A DNA stretch of 37,537 bases, taken from the IMG/VR virus record IMGVR_UViG_3300047160_025247. The stretch is one strand, 5' to 3'. Shown here piece after piece: positions 1 through 7,729 of this stretch. Below the pieces are notes generated by a model. The model was not told where the DNA came from, searched no databases, and worked only from the letters and a program-made list of their open reading frames with translations. The translations under genes and the position numbers were made by a program. The DNA comes from a virus. The first letter of the stretch is position 1; every line of letters starts with the position of its first letter.

Positions 1-138
1 GTTCTCACCCTGCATCCACCGCGCCGGCGAGCCGACGCGGCGCAGCTTCTCCTTCAACTCCTCACTGAAGGTCGATTGACCGACACGAAGGTGCGGAACA
101 CCCTTGCGGGTATCATGGCGGCGCGCGAGAAGTGTCAT
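1..138 (-). CDS. Partial CDS (N-terminus; runs off window start), unknown function
   Basis: ATG at 138 after AGGA; reads MTLLARRHDTRKGVPHLRVGQSTFSEELKEKLRR... with no stop to position 1. Confidence 0.55.
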   Translation of the reverse strand, partial: MTLLARRHDTRKGVPHLRVGQSTFSEELKEKLRRVGSPARWMQGEN

Positions 139-180
139 ATTGTCATCCTAAGCAAAGCGTGTGCCGCCGCGACAGGTGCC

Positions 181-780
181 TTACTTGATCTCGATCGTGT
201 CTTTTCGATTTGTCGCTTTGCGCCGAAGCTTGTTGATCGCGCCGATGATCTTGTTCTTGGTGAAGAAGTCGAGCCGCTCGACGAACATCTTGCCGTCGAG
301 GTGATCGAGTTCGTGGAAGATGACGCGCGCCAGAAGGCCACCGCAGCTCAGCTCTTGTTCATGCCCGATGACGTCGATGAAGCGCAGGCGGAGGAAGGCG
401 GGGCGAGCCAAAGACGCCGAGACGCCCGGCATGCTTAGGCATGACTCCTTGTACTGGAAGGTGCCCGACGACTCGACGATCTGCGGATTCACGATGACCT
501 GCGGAAACCACGGCGCCTCGGTGACGGTGTTGTTCGTGAGCTTGGTCAGGCAGCTTTCCAGCGCCGGGCTGCGGTGAATGACGAAGAAACGCTTCGGGAT
601 GCCGACCTGCGGCGCCGCGAGCGCATGCCCGCGCCACTCCGCGCACTTCACCATCATCTCGGAAAACGTGTCACCGAGTTCGTGGAGTTCATCCAGAGTG
701 ACCGGTTCACTTGGTACCAAGAGACGCTTATCCGGATAGAGAAGAAGTTGCATGGAGGAGATAGTAAAGGGAGGTTTCAC
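181..780 (-). CDS. def: Peptide deformylase
   Basis: Three PDF motifs: GHALAAPQVG (GxGxAAxQ-like), ESCLS (EGCLS-like), HELDHLDG (HExxH); true start may be ATG at 753 (MQLLLYPD). Confidence 0.92.
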   Translation of the reverse strand: MKPPFTISSMQLLLYPDKRLLVPSEPVTLDELHELGDTFSEMMVKCAEWRGHALAAPQVGIPKRFFVIHRSPALESCLTKLTNNTVTEAPWFPQVIVNPQIVESSGTFQYKESCLSMPGVSASLARPAFLRLRFIDVIGHEQELSCGGLLARVIFHELDHLDGKMFVERLDFFTKNKIIGAINKLRRKATNRKDTIEIK

Positions 781-785
781 GGAAG

Positions 786-1547
786 AAATCGCTTTTGTTG
801 ATTGGGGTGCTGGTGAAGTTCGGCTCGCTGCTAGTGAACGGGTTTCAATATTGGTGGCGGCTCGCTGCCAATGTTAGGGTTTCTCCAGATGGAAGGCTCG
901 CTGACTGTTGCTGGGTTTCTTCTGGTTCTAGGCTAGCTTCTCGTGAACGGGTTTCTAAGAACGTGAGGCTCGCTCTTCCTCGTCGTGATTCTTCGGAAGT
1001 AAGACACACTAAAAGGCTCGGGGGTTCTTGGAAATCATGCGCGCTTTGCCACACAGGGTTTCTGTGAACGTGAGACTCGCTCGGCTGAATGGGTTTCTAC
1101 AGCTTCAATGACGCGCTCAATAGGATCGGGTTTCTCGCGGGTATTGACTCGCTTAATGGAAACGGGGTTCTGTCATCTATGGGCTCGCTATCCTTGTGCG
1201 GGTTTCTGGTACGGAGAGGCCCGCTAAAACGGATCGGGTTTCTACGCCATTCAGGCTCGCTGTGCATTACCGGGGTGCTGACTACAAACGACGTGCTCAT
1301 GCTCATCGGGTTTCTGATTGCTGCGACTCGCTCCTGGCGAATGGGTTTCTATTGTAAAACGACGCGCTTCGGACCAAGGGGTTCCTATCGTACGATGACG
1401 CGCTCATGCTCATCGGGTTTCTGATCCCTGCGGCTCGCTCCTGGAGAACGGGTTTCTGTTGTCAAATGACTCGCTTCCACCTATTGGGTTTCTTCCAGAC
1501 TATGACTCGCTTCAGCTTAACGGTGTTCTCGCCCACTTAGGCTGCGG
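786..1547 (-). repeat. TIGR-like tandem interspaced guide RNA array, 21 units of ~36 nt (downstream of tas gene)
   Basis: Plus strand alternates GGCTCGCT/GACTCGCT - N10 - GGGTTTCT - N10. GGGTTTCT-type repeats start at 804, 840, 877, 913, 949, 985, 1021, 1056, 1091, 1128, 1164, 1200, 1236, 1272, 1308, 1343, 1379, 1415, 1450, 1486, 1522. Minus-strand unit AGCGAGCC-N10-AGAAACCC-N10. Confidence 0.9.
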
Positions 1548-2595
1548 ATTCTCCGCGGTGCTTCATGCCGAGCTTCGCTTCGTGGTACGGCAGCGACACC
1601 GGCAGACCTTCGAGCTTCCGCCACGCGATGTGAAGATTCATCAGGAAGATCTTCACCGCGTAGCGCACCGCCATGGCGTGGCGGCGTCCCTTCGACGTGA
1701 TCTTGTAGCCGGTCTCCGGATCCTCCTTCCCGTCGTTGTGCACGCCGTACTTCTCGTGGTTCTCCATCCGGTGCTTGTAGTTGCGGTAGATAGTGTCGTA
1801 CTCCGACCCCTTCATCTTGATGAAGGACGGCCCGAGCACGCCGATCAGCTTCGTCTTCAGCAGCGGTTGGAAGGTGATGCCCATGCGCGTCGCCGCCTTG
1901 CCCTCCTTGTTGGTGTAGGCGCGCTCGACAAGATGCTCGGTGCGACGCGAGCGACCGCGACCATCGGAGGCGACGTCGAGGCCGGCGAACTTCCACAGGC
2001 TCGACGGGTACTGCGCCTTGTGGATGTCGATCTCGGAGAGGATCACGCCCGACATCATCGGGCCGCAGCCGCGCACCTTCGACAGGAACTCGGTATAGAT
2101 CGGGTAGTCCTGGAGAATGTTCTCCAGGCGGGCGAAGTGCTGCTTCTCCTGGCGCTCCAGGTCGACGTACTGCGCGATCAGCGACAGCTCGGTGTAGTCG
2201 GAGATCACCGCGTCGCCCTTGAACGTCGCACGCGACGGGAAGGTCTTGCGTCCGTCGGTGACGACCTTGTAGCGCGTGTTCACGAGGTCGAGGATGAGCT
2301 TGCCGGCCTTCGCCGCCTTGCGCTCGGAGTCGGTCTTGCTGTCGTCGACATCCTCGGCGCCGTCGACCTCGGGGTGTTCGGACATTGTGATGACGTCGCT
2401 GATCTTCGGCAGCGTGGCGCGTAGATCGGCGAGGATCTTCTTGCTGTTCTCGTCGAGCGCCCCCTCGGAGTCGCCCGGCTTCTGGCCGAGCTTCACCTTG
2501 AAGTTGCCGACGAGACGGTTGCCGACCTGGATGCGGAGCTTCTGCAGGTCGTAGCCACCGCGGACGATGATGCGGAGGTTCATGGGGATGGGCAT
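1537..2595 (-). CDS. Nop-domain / IS110-related RNA-binding protein lacking a nuclease domain (TasA-like TIGR-associated protein)
   Basis: N-terminal coiled-coil helix LRIIVRGGYDLQKLRIQVGNRL; Nop/Transposase_20-like core FLSKVRGCGPMMSGVILSEIDIHKAQYPSSLWKFAGLDV; C-terminal RRHAMAVRYAVKIFL helix; no DEDD RuvC or HNH N-terminus; flanked by two 36-nt arrays; RBS AAGGA. Confidence 0.85.
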   Translation of the reverse strand: MPIPMNLRIIVRGGYDLQKLRIQVGNRLVGNFKVKLGQKPGDSEGALDENSKKILADLRATLPKISDVITMSEHPEVDGAEDVDDSKTDSERKAAKAGKLILDLVNTRYKVVTDGRKTFPSRATFKGDAVISDYTELSLIAQYVDLERQEKQHFARLENILQDYPIYTEFLSKVRGCGPMMSGVILSEIDIHKAQYPSSLWKFAGLDVASDGRGRSRRTEHLVERAYTNKEGKAATRMGITFQPLLKTKLIGVLGPSFIKMKGSEYDTIYRNYKHRMENHEKYGVHNDGKEDPETGYKITSKGRRHAMAVRYAVKIFLMNLHIAWRKLEGLPVSLPYHEAKLGMKHRGESAA

Positions 2596-2622
2596 GGTGG
2601 GTTCCTTGGTGATGGGTGAAGA

Positions 2623-3073
2623 AAGACGCTTGGCATCATGGGGTTACTAATGTTAAGAGGCTCGCTACGCGATGATAGGTTTCTTTTGCTGTTAGGCTCG
2701 CTAGCCGAGATGCGGTGTTCTGTGGAGTTTAGGCTCGCTGCACATGCATGGGGTTACTATCGCATAGAGGCTAGCAAGAGATTGACGGGGTTCTTCTGCG
2801 GGATGGCTCACTTAGCTGTCATGGGCTTCTGTCGGGTAGGCGGCTCGCTGGTGAAAGTTGGTGTTCTTTGGAAGAAAGACGCACTAGGGGGTGATGGTGT
2901 TCTTTACCTCGGCGGTTCGCTTAGTGGGGGGGGGGGGGATGGGTTACTCGTTGGTAATGGCTCGCTGCGCTACAAAGGGTTTCTTGCCTCCACGGCTCGC
3001 TGGAATGCATCGGTGTGCTAGACTACTTAGGCGCGCTCTTGTCGATTGGTGTTCTTAGCCTAATTGGCGTCAT
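2623..3073 (-). repeat. Second TIGR-like array, 12 units of ~36 nt (upstream of tas gene)
   Basis: Same alternation; loop-type repeats (GGGTTACT/GGTGTTCT/GGGTTTCT) start at 2641, 2677, 2714, 2751, 2787, 2823, 2860, 2896, 2941, 2977, 3012, 3048, separated by GGCTCGCT-type repeats; possible degenerate 13th at 3085. Confidence 0.88.
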
Positions 3074-3120
3074 CGTCACACGGTGTGTTACTTTTCTTCT
3101 CCTCGGTGAGGCAGCGATCT

Positions 3121-4356
3121 CTAGCTGGAATTCTCGTCTTGCTCTGTTGGAGCGAGATCGGTATACACTCCGAGGGCTCCATAAACACGCGTAGAACCTG
3201 AGGTCTCCGAGGTTGAGTCGGTAGAACTTCCTCCGGTGATTTTGGTTGTGTTTTCCTTGTCCATGTCGTTGTTCATGAAGAACAACCACATACCGCCCTG
3301 CACAACACCGATGATGGCGAAGAAAACCCAGTACGACCATGTCGGTGGCTCGACGGTGAGGTAGTCGAACTCGGACCAGTTCTTGATCTTGTAACGCGCA
3401 GCGATCTCCGCTTCGACCTTTGGAACGATCTCCGCGTTGATTGGTGTGCTGATAAAGATCGTCTCCAGGTTGCGCTTGCACAGTGCTTCATCGGTCCACC
3501 CAAAGCACTGCGCCCAGGTGGCCTTGGTCGGCGACGGGCCTCCGTAACAGATGACCAGATCGTTCTTCTTGCCACCGATCCACTTCGATCGCTGAAGCTC
3601 GGCGATCTGCGACGACTGCGTGCCGAAGCCGACCGCGATGACGTTGACCTTCTTGGTTGGTCCAAGTCGCGCGTTCATCTGATCCCACGCAAGCAGAGGG
3701 ATGGTGCCAGCGGTTCCAAGCAAACGATCAGACGCGAAGACGTTGTCGTTCTTAGGGTACTCGAACACCGGTGCCTCTGGAGGAACTTTCTCAAACGAGA
3801 ACACCGTCGGCGCCGATTTGACCTTGTTCTCCCAGTGGTGCCACCGCGTCACCGGCTTGACGAAGTTGTTCTTGTTGACACTCACGCGATCGTTGGGGTC
3901 TCCGCTGATCATGTGAGAGTTGTGGTCGCTGGTTGTGCGTCTGCCCGGCGTCTCCCGTTCGCCGCCGAAGCGCGCGACGATGTCCTTATAGGTCGCTTCG
4001 TCGATGCCGCCGTCACTGCCGAAGCTGTCGGTGTAGCCCCAGCTCTCCGAGTGAAAGCGCATCGACGGGGACCAATGGTCGAAGACTTCGACGGTGTAGG
4101 TGTAGCTCTCGGTGTGGCTGCGACCCTTCCCATCGGAGACCGTGCGCGTTCCATGCCGCGTCTCGGTGCGGTAGACCGCATATTCGTAGTACTCCGTCCA
4201 CGGCTTGTAGTCGTGCGCTTCAACCACTCGACCAGAGAGCGTCTCAACATCGTCGGTCATCCCCTTGATGACCATCCAGTGGTAGATGCCGGCGATAGCG
4301 AAGCCGACAACTGAGGCTGTGATCCATTCCCAGAACATGATGTGCTTCGAGCGCAC
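3121..4356 (-). CDS. Membrane protein (N- and C-terminal TM helices, large soluble middle), partner of LemA-like gene
   Basis: Hydrophobic WITASVVGFAIAGIYHW and WSYWVFFAIIGVVQGGMWLFF; GGKKNDLVIC motif; frame stays open upstream to 4422 without a start codon. Confidence 0.75.
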   Translation of the reverse strand: MRSKHIMFWEWITASVVGFAIAGIYHWMVIKGMTDDVETLSGRVVEAHDYKPWTEYYEYAVYRTETRHGTRTVSDGKGRSHTESYTYTVEVFDHWSPSMRFHSESWGYTDSFGSDGGIDEATYKDIVARFGGERETPGRRTTSDHNSHMISGDPNDRVSVNKNNFVKPVTRWHHWENKVKSAPTVFSFEKVPPEAPVFEYPKNDNVFASDRLLGTAGTIPLLAWDQMNARLGPTKKVNVIAVGFGTQSSQIAELQRSKWIGGKKNDLVICYGGPSPTKATWAQCFGWTDEALCKRNLETIFISTPINAEIVPKVEAEIAARYKIKNWSEFDYLTVEPPTWSYWVFFAIIGVVQGGMWLFFMNNDMDKENTTKITGGSSTDSTSETSGSTRVYGALGVYTDLAPTEQDENSS

Positions 4357-4422
4357 CCAGAAGACGGCGCCGGCGATGAAGCAGATCGTCGGAAGAAGAT
4401 AGAAAAACCAGATAGAGGTACC

Positions 4423-4902
4423 CTACCTTTCAGGGATCTTGTTAAGTCGAGCGAACCGGCCATGGATGCGTCGCGCGCCTACATTGTAGGCGGTGGCAGC
4501 TTCGATCTCGCTCGTGAAGCAGCCGAGGTTGTGAGTTTTCCTCTTATAAATCACTTGCGCTCTCCAGCGCCGGATGTCTTTCGCCCACCAGACGCCTTTG
4601 AACCGAGACGTTCGTTTCCCACGCGAACCTCTGACGCGATTGCACATGTTCTGGCCGTGCGTGCACAGCCGAAGATTTGATCGAGCATTGTTCAGCCCGT
4701 TTCCGTCTTTGTGGTCGATGCACTCATGCGGCTCCGCTGCGAGGATCTGCCTGTGAAGGTAGACCGTTCCGCCGCCCTGCTTGTTCCTGACGACGTATTT
4801 CTTCCCTCGTGGTTTGATGACGTGCCACACGTAGCAGCTGACCGAAGAGAAATCTCCGTCACTGACTCTGACTTTATAGCCAGCAACGGAGAAGCTCTTC
4901 AT
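4423..4902 (-). CDS. HNH homing endonuclease with C-terminal AP2 DNA-binding domain
   Basis: YLHRQIL...IDHKDGNGLNNARSNLR...N (HNH) followed by SRFKGV...WRAQV...LGCFTSEIEAATAYN (AP2). Confidence 0.92.
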   Translation of the reverse strand: MKSFSVAGYKVRVSDGDFSSVSCYVWHVIKPRGKKYVVRNKQGGGTVYLHRQILAAEPHECIDHKDGNGLNNARSNLRLCTHGQNMCNRVRGSRGKRTSRFKGVWWAKDIRRWRAQVIYKRKTHNLGCFTSEIEAATAYNVGARRIHGRFARLNKIPER

Positions 4903-4904
4903 TG

Positions 4905-5471
4905 CTACTTCTCGGCCTTCCTCGGGAAGACGTTGACGTCGTCGTCCTTGCCGGCGTCGAACGCCGCCTCGGTGCGCGACGACGTCACGATCTTAATCTC
5001 GATGCGCGGACGCGAGCCGACGAACCACGAGCTGGGCGCCTGCATCAGGCAGTTGTCGTGTTGCAGGTTGAGGTCGATCAGCTTCGCTTGCTCCTCGGTC
5101 CACCGATCGCGCGAGCCGGTGATGATGTTCTGCAGGTTGTTGAAGGTCGACGTGTCGACGTTCGGCACCGACTCATGGATCCACTTCGCGAGCGAGCCAC
5201 CGTCGCCGCTGCCGCTGCGCGCCTTGGCGTATCCTTCGAAGATCTCGCGCAGCGCGTTCTTCTGGCCTTCGGTGACCTGCGCCACCTGATTGATCTCCTT
5301 CCACATGTTGTCGAAGCGGCTGGTGTTGTCCTTCTGCTTCGCTTCGATGCGGTTGCGGAGGCCGACTTCGGTGTTGCTGTAGTTCATGTACATGACGCCG
5401 ATGATCAGGCCGAGGCCGATGATCACGACGATGGTGGCGAGGAGAGTGATGTTGATGGCGCCGCGGCGCAT
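4905..5471 (-). CDS. LemA-like membrane-anchored coiled-coil protein
   Basis: ATG 5471 after GAAAGGA; N-terminal TM (ITLLATIVVIIGLGLIIGVMYM) then helical YSNTEVGLRNRIEAKQKDN...FDNMWK. Confidence 0.65.
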   Translation of the reverse strand: MRRGAINITLLATIVVIIGLGLIIGVMYMNYSNTEVGLRNRIEAKQKDNTSRFDNMWKEINQVAQVTEGQKNALREIFEGYAKARSGSGDGGSLAKWIHESVPNVDTSTFNNLQNIITGSRDRWTEEQAKLIDLNLQHDNCLMQAPSSWFVGSRPRIEIKIVTSSRTEAAFDAGKDDDVNVFPRKAEK

Positions 5472-5482
5472 GAAATTTCCTT

Positions 5483-5716
5483 TCAGAGTTGGTGAGTGAG
5501 GAGAGGGCGAACGGTGATGAAGGCCTGCATCATCTCTAGCTTCCCGCGGAGATGCGGATTGTTCTTCGCCACCAGCTGCAGGATCGCCGGCCCGAAGTCC
5601 GACCCGAACACCGGCGTCCCCGCAGCAGGGTGGAGATCCCACGAGTTCGACGCGACGTGCAGGTAGCGCGTGTCGCCCTTCTCGTCAACGTGCGCGATGA
5701 CGTGATGCGAGTGCAT
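5483..5716 (-). CDS. Hypothetical protein (77 aa)
   Basis: ATG at 5716 coupled to upstream stop (TGATG overlap). Confidence 0.55.
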   Translation of the reverse strand: MHSHHVIAHVDEKGDTRYLHVASNSWDLHPAAGTPVFGSDFGPAILQLVAKNNPHLRGKLEMMQAFITVRPLLTHQL

Positions 5717-6270
5717 CAGGTCACCAATAGCCGGCGCGCGATGTGATCCCACTTGAAGCGCAGGCAGAACAGCGGCGAGATCGACACGCTGATCGACGCG
5801 ACGGGCAGGCCGGGCTGACCACCACCGATGAGCTGGAAGCCGTCGCGCGTGATCTCGATCCCGGTGTCCTTCAGGCCGGTGTTGCTGGTGATGATCACCC
5901 GCACCGGCGTCGGCTTCGTGCCGGCCTTGATCTCGGCAACGCACTCCTGGTCGCTGAACGCACCGGGGATGATCCCGTGCTCGACGAAGCGGGCGCACTG
6001 CGACACCGGGATGCCGACGAGCCCGGCGAAGCCCTCGACCTCGGCGCGCTGCTGCTCGGTCAGCAGCCACAGGTCCATCGCCTCGCGCGTGAGCTGGGCG
6101 AAGTCGGCGAGGTGATGCCGCGGCACCAGCTTGCGGGCCTCGCGGTCGTTGATGGTGCTGCCTTCGCCCTGGCGCCCACCGCTGCCGTGGCCGCGGTCCT
6201 TGCGTGCCCGCGCTTGGCGCCGGTCGCTCTGACGCGCCGCCGCGGTGTGCTCGCCTGCATAGCTCGACAT
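5716..6270 (-). CDS. Hypothetical protein (184 aa)
   Basis: ATG 6270 after GAGGA; fits minus-strand operon. Confidence 0.6.
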   Translation of the reverse strand: MSSYAGEHTAAARQSDRRQARARKDRGHGSGGRQGEGSTINDREARKLVPRHHLADFAQLTREAMDLWLLTEQQRAEVEGFAGLVGIPVSQCARFVEHGIIPGAFSDQECVAEIKAGTKPTPVRVIITSNTGLKDTGIEITRDGFQLIGGGQPGLPVASISVSISPLFCLRFKWDHIARRLLVT

Positions 6271-6421
6271 AGGATCTTCCTCGCCCGCTGGATGGTTAGG
6301 GTACCGTGCACCAGCTGCGGGGAGCTGCGGGCGCACGCTGTCGACGCCGATCCCCTCCTAGCTGGGCCAGGAGGGGTGGCTGACAGCGCTTCGGATGTGG
6401 ATAACTCGTCGGTGACCAGCC

Positions 6422-7201
6422 TTAATTGCTGACCGGGAAGGTGGTTGCGAGGAGCTGGTGCATGTTGATAAAGTCCCGCTGCGACTTGATCGGCGCGACC
6501 TCCTCCCGATCGTGGGTCAGATACTGCGTAAACGCGTTATAAAGCGTCCATACAGTGTCTCCCTGGAACTCCTGGTGCCGCGGCTTGATGAACTCGCTGC
6601 GGACCTTCAGGATGCCGACCTGCGGGATCAGGTGCTGCTCGGCGGCCTGCACGATCAGGTTGGTGGCCTTCGGCAGGTCGATCTGGTGACGCTTCCAGGC
6701 GTCGAAGACGGTCGCCTGCTCGTTGACCTGGACGATGAAGCGGTCGAGCGCCGCGCGCACCAGCACCGGGAGATCCAGGTGGATCCGTGGCGTGTGCTTG
6801 CGGAAGAAGGTGATGTCGCCGCTGAGCGACAGGTTGTCGCAGATCAGCACCTTGGCGCCGCTGGCGATGCCGGCGGGCATGCTCTTGTCGGTGCTGTTGC
6901 GGATGCCCATGGCAACGGTGAAGTCGCGGCCCGCGGCGGCGCGCATGACCAGGACGCCGAAGAACTGCTGGCGGTTGTTGCTCAGGCTCAGCTCGCGCTT
7001 CTCGATGACCAGGCCGCGCTCCTCACATGCCTGCAGGACGTAGTCGAGCATCTCGCTGTGCGCGACCGGCATCCAGGTCTTGGTGGCCTCGGGCGGCTTG
7101 ACGCCGCGCAGGAGCGCCTCGTCCACGCGGTAGGTCGCGTTGGTCTTGCGCATGGAGAGGAGGGTGCCGGTGGCGGGCTGAGTGGTGGTCTCGGCGATCA
7201 T
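6422..7201 (-). CDS. DUF932-family phage protein
   Basis: ATG 7201 after AAGGAG; motifs TWMPVAH, QFFGVL, GIRNSTDKS, GAKVLICDNL, TVWTLYNAFT. Confidence 0.75.
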   Translation of the reverse strand: MIAETTTQPATGTLLSMRKTNATYRVDEALLRGVKPPEATKTWMPVAHSEMLDYVLQACEERGLVIEKRELSLSNNRQQFFGVLVMRAAAGRDFTVAMGIRNSTDKSMPAGIASGAKVLICDNLSLSGDITFFRKHTPRIHLDLPVLVRAALDRFIVQVNEQATVFDAWKRHQIDLPKATNLIVQAAEQHLIPQVGILKVRSEFIKPRHQEFQGDTVWTLYNAFTQYLTHDREEVAPIKSQRDFINMHQLLATTFPVSN

Positions 7202-7313
7202 GGTAGGCTCCTTATGCCGGTACCCTAAACCACACGCCGAGAAGAGTAATAAGCTCCACCAAGGCCGGCGTAACAGTGTATCACACCGTTGCTGGTGCAC
7301 GGTACCGTAACCA

Positions 7314-7532
7314 TCACTCGCCATCCTCGTCGGCACCCATCGGGCGCTCCGGGTCGTAGCTCTCAGCAGCCCGGCGCAGTAGCTCAAACTCACCTTCCGC
7401 GAGGTCCGCATTCGCGTCGCGCAACCGTTGGGCGTTGATTCGGTCGGCCTCCTGCTGACGTTGCACATTCCCTACATCATCGCCTGATATGTAGAGCGGG
7501 ATATATGGTGTTGGGGTTCGAAGTTTCTTCAT
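7314..7532 (-). CDS. Hypothetical protein (72 aa)
   Basis: ATGA overlap with upstream gene. Confidence 0.5.
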   Translation of the reverse strand: MKKLRTPTPYIPLYISGDDVGNVQRQQEADRINAQRLRDANADLAEGEFELLRRAAESYDPERPMGADEDGE

Positions 7533-7729
7533 CGCACGGGCTCCGCGGGAATCGGCGGCTCCTCTTCGCCGAAGCCCGGCGCCGGCGGATCACCGCACCG
7601 CCACGAGCCACAACCGCCGCACCAGTACACCGCGTCGTAGCTGATCTTGTAGTGCGCGAGCAGCTGAGCGCGCGTTGGAAAGATCTCGCGCAGCGGCTGC
7701 TTGCAGGTGATGCAGGTATTGGCGTTCAT
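7529..7729 (-). CDS. Small putative zinc-binding protein
   Basis: CITC...WCGGC pairs; ATGA overlaps on both sides. Confidence 0.55.
   Translation of the reverse strand: MNANTCITCKQPLREIFPTRAQLLAHYKISYDAVYWCGGCGSWRCGDPPAPGFGEEEPPIPAEPVR

Noticed and set aside
795-1424. ORFs 795-1067, 845-1054, 1089-1424, 1097-1306 as proteins
   Set aside because: They are translations of the 36-nt array (12-aa periodic GFL/GSL); indels shift frames freely, so conservation is at nucleotide level
1537-2595. Active IS110 transposase
   Set aside because: No N-terminal DEDD RuvC-like domain; the flanks are multi-unit arrays rather than IS ends with a single bridge RNA
2638-3021. 127-aa plus-strand ORF
   Set aside because: Translation of the second array, antisense to the operon
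786-3073. CRISPR array interpretation
   Set aside because: Repeats are two alternating 8-mers with 10-nt spacers, not 23-47 nt repeats with ~30-nt spacers; no cas genes in the window
4423-4902. Group I intron around the HNH gene
   Set aside because: No flanking non-coding sequence to hold a ribozyme core; the ORF abuts both neighbours
7293-7310. 18-bp TGGTGCACGGTACCGTAA box as a self-target of the guide arrays
   Set aside because: By eye, no spacer matches either 9-nt half in either orientation; a full computational self-target search was not possible
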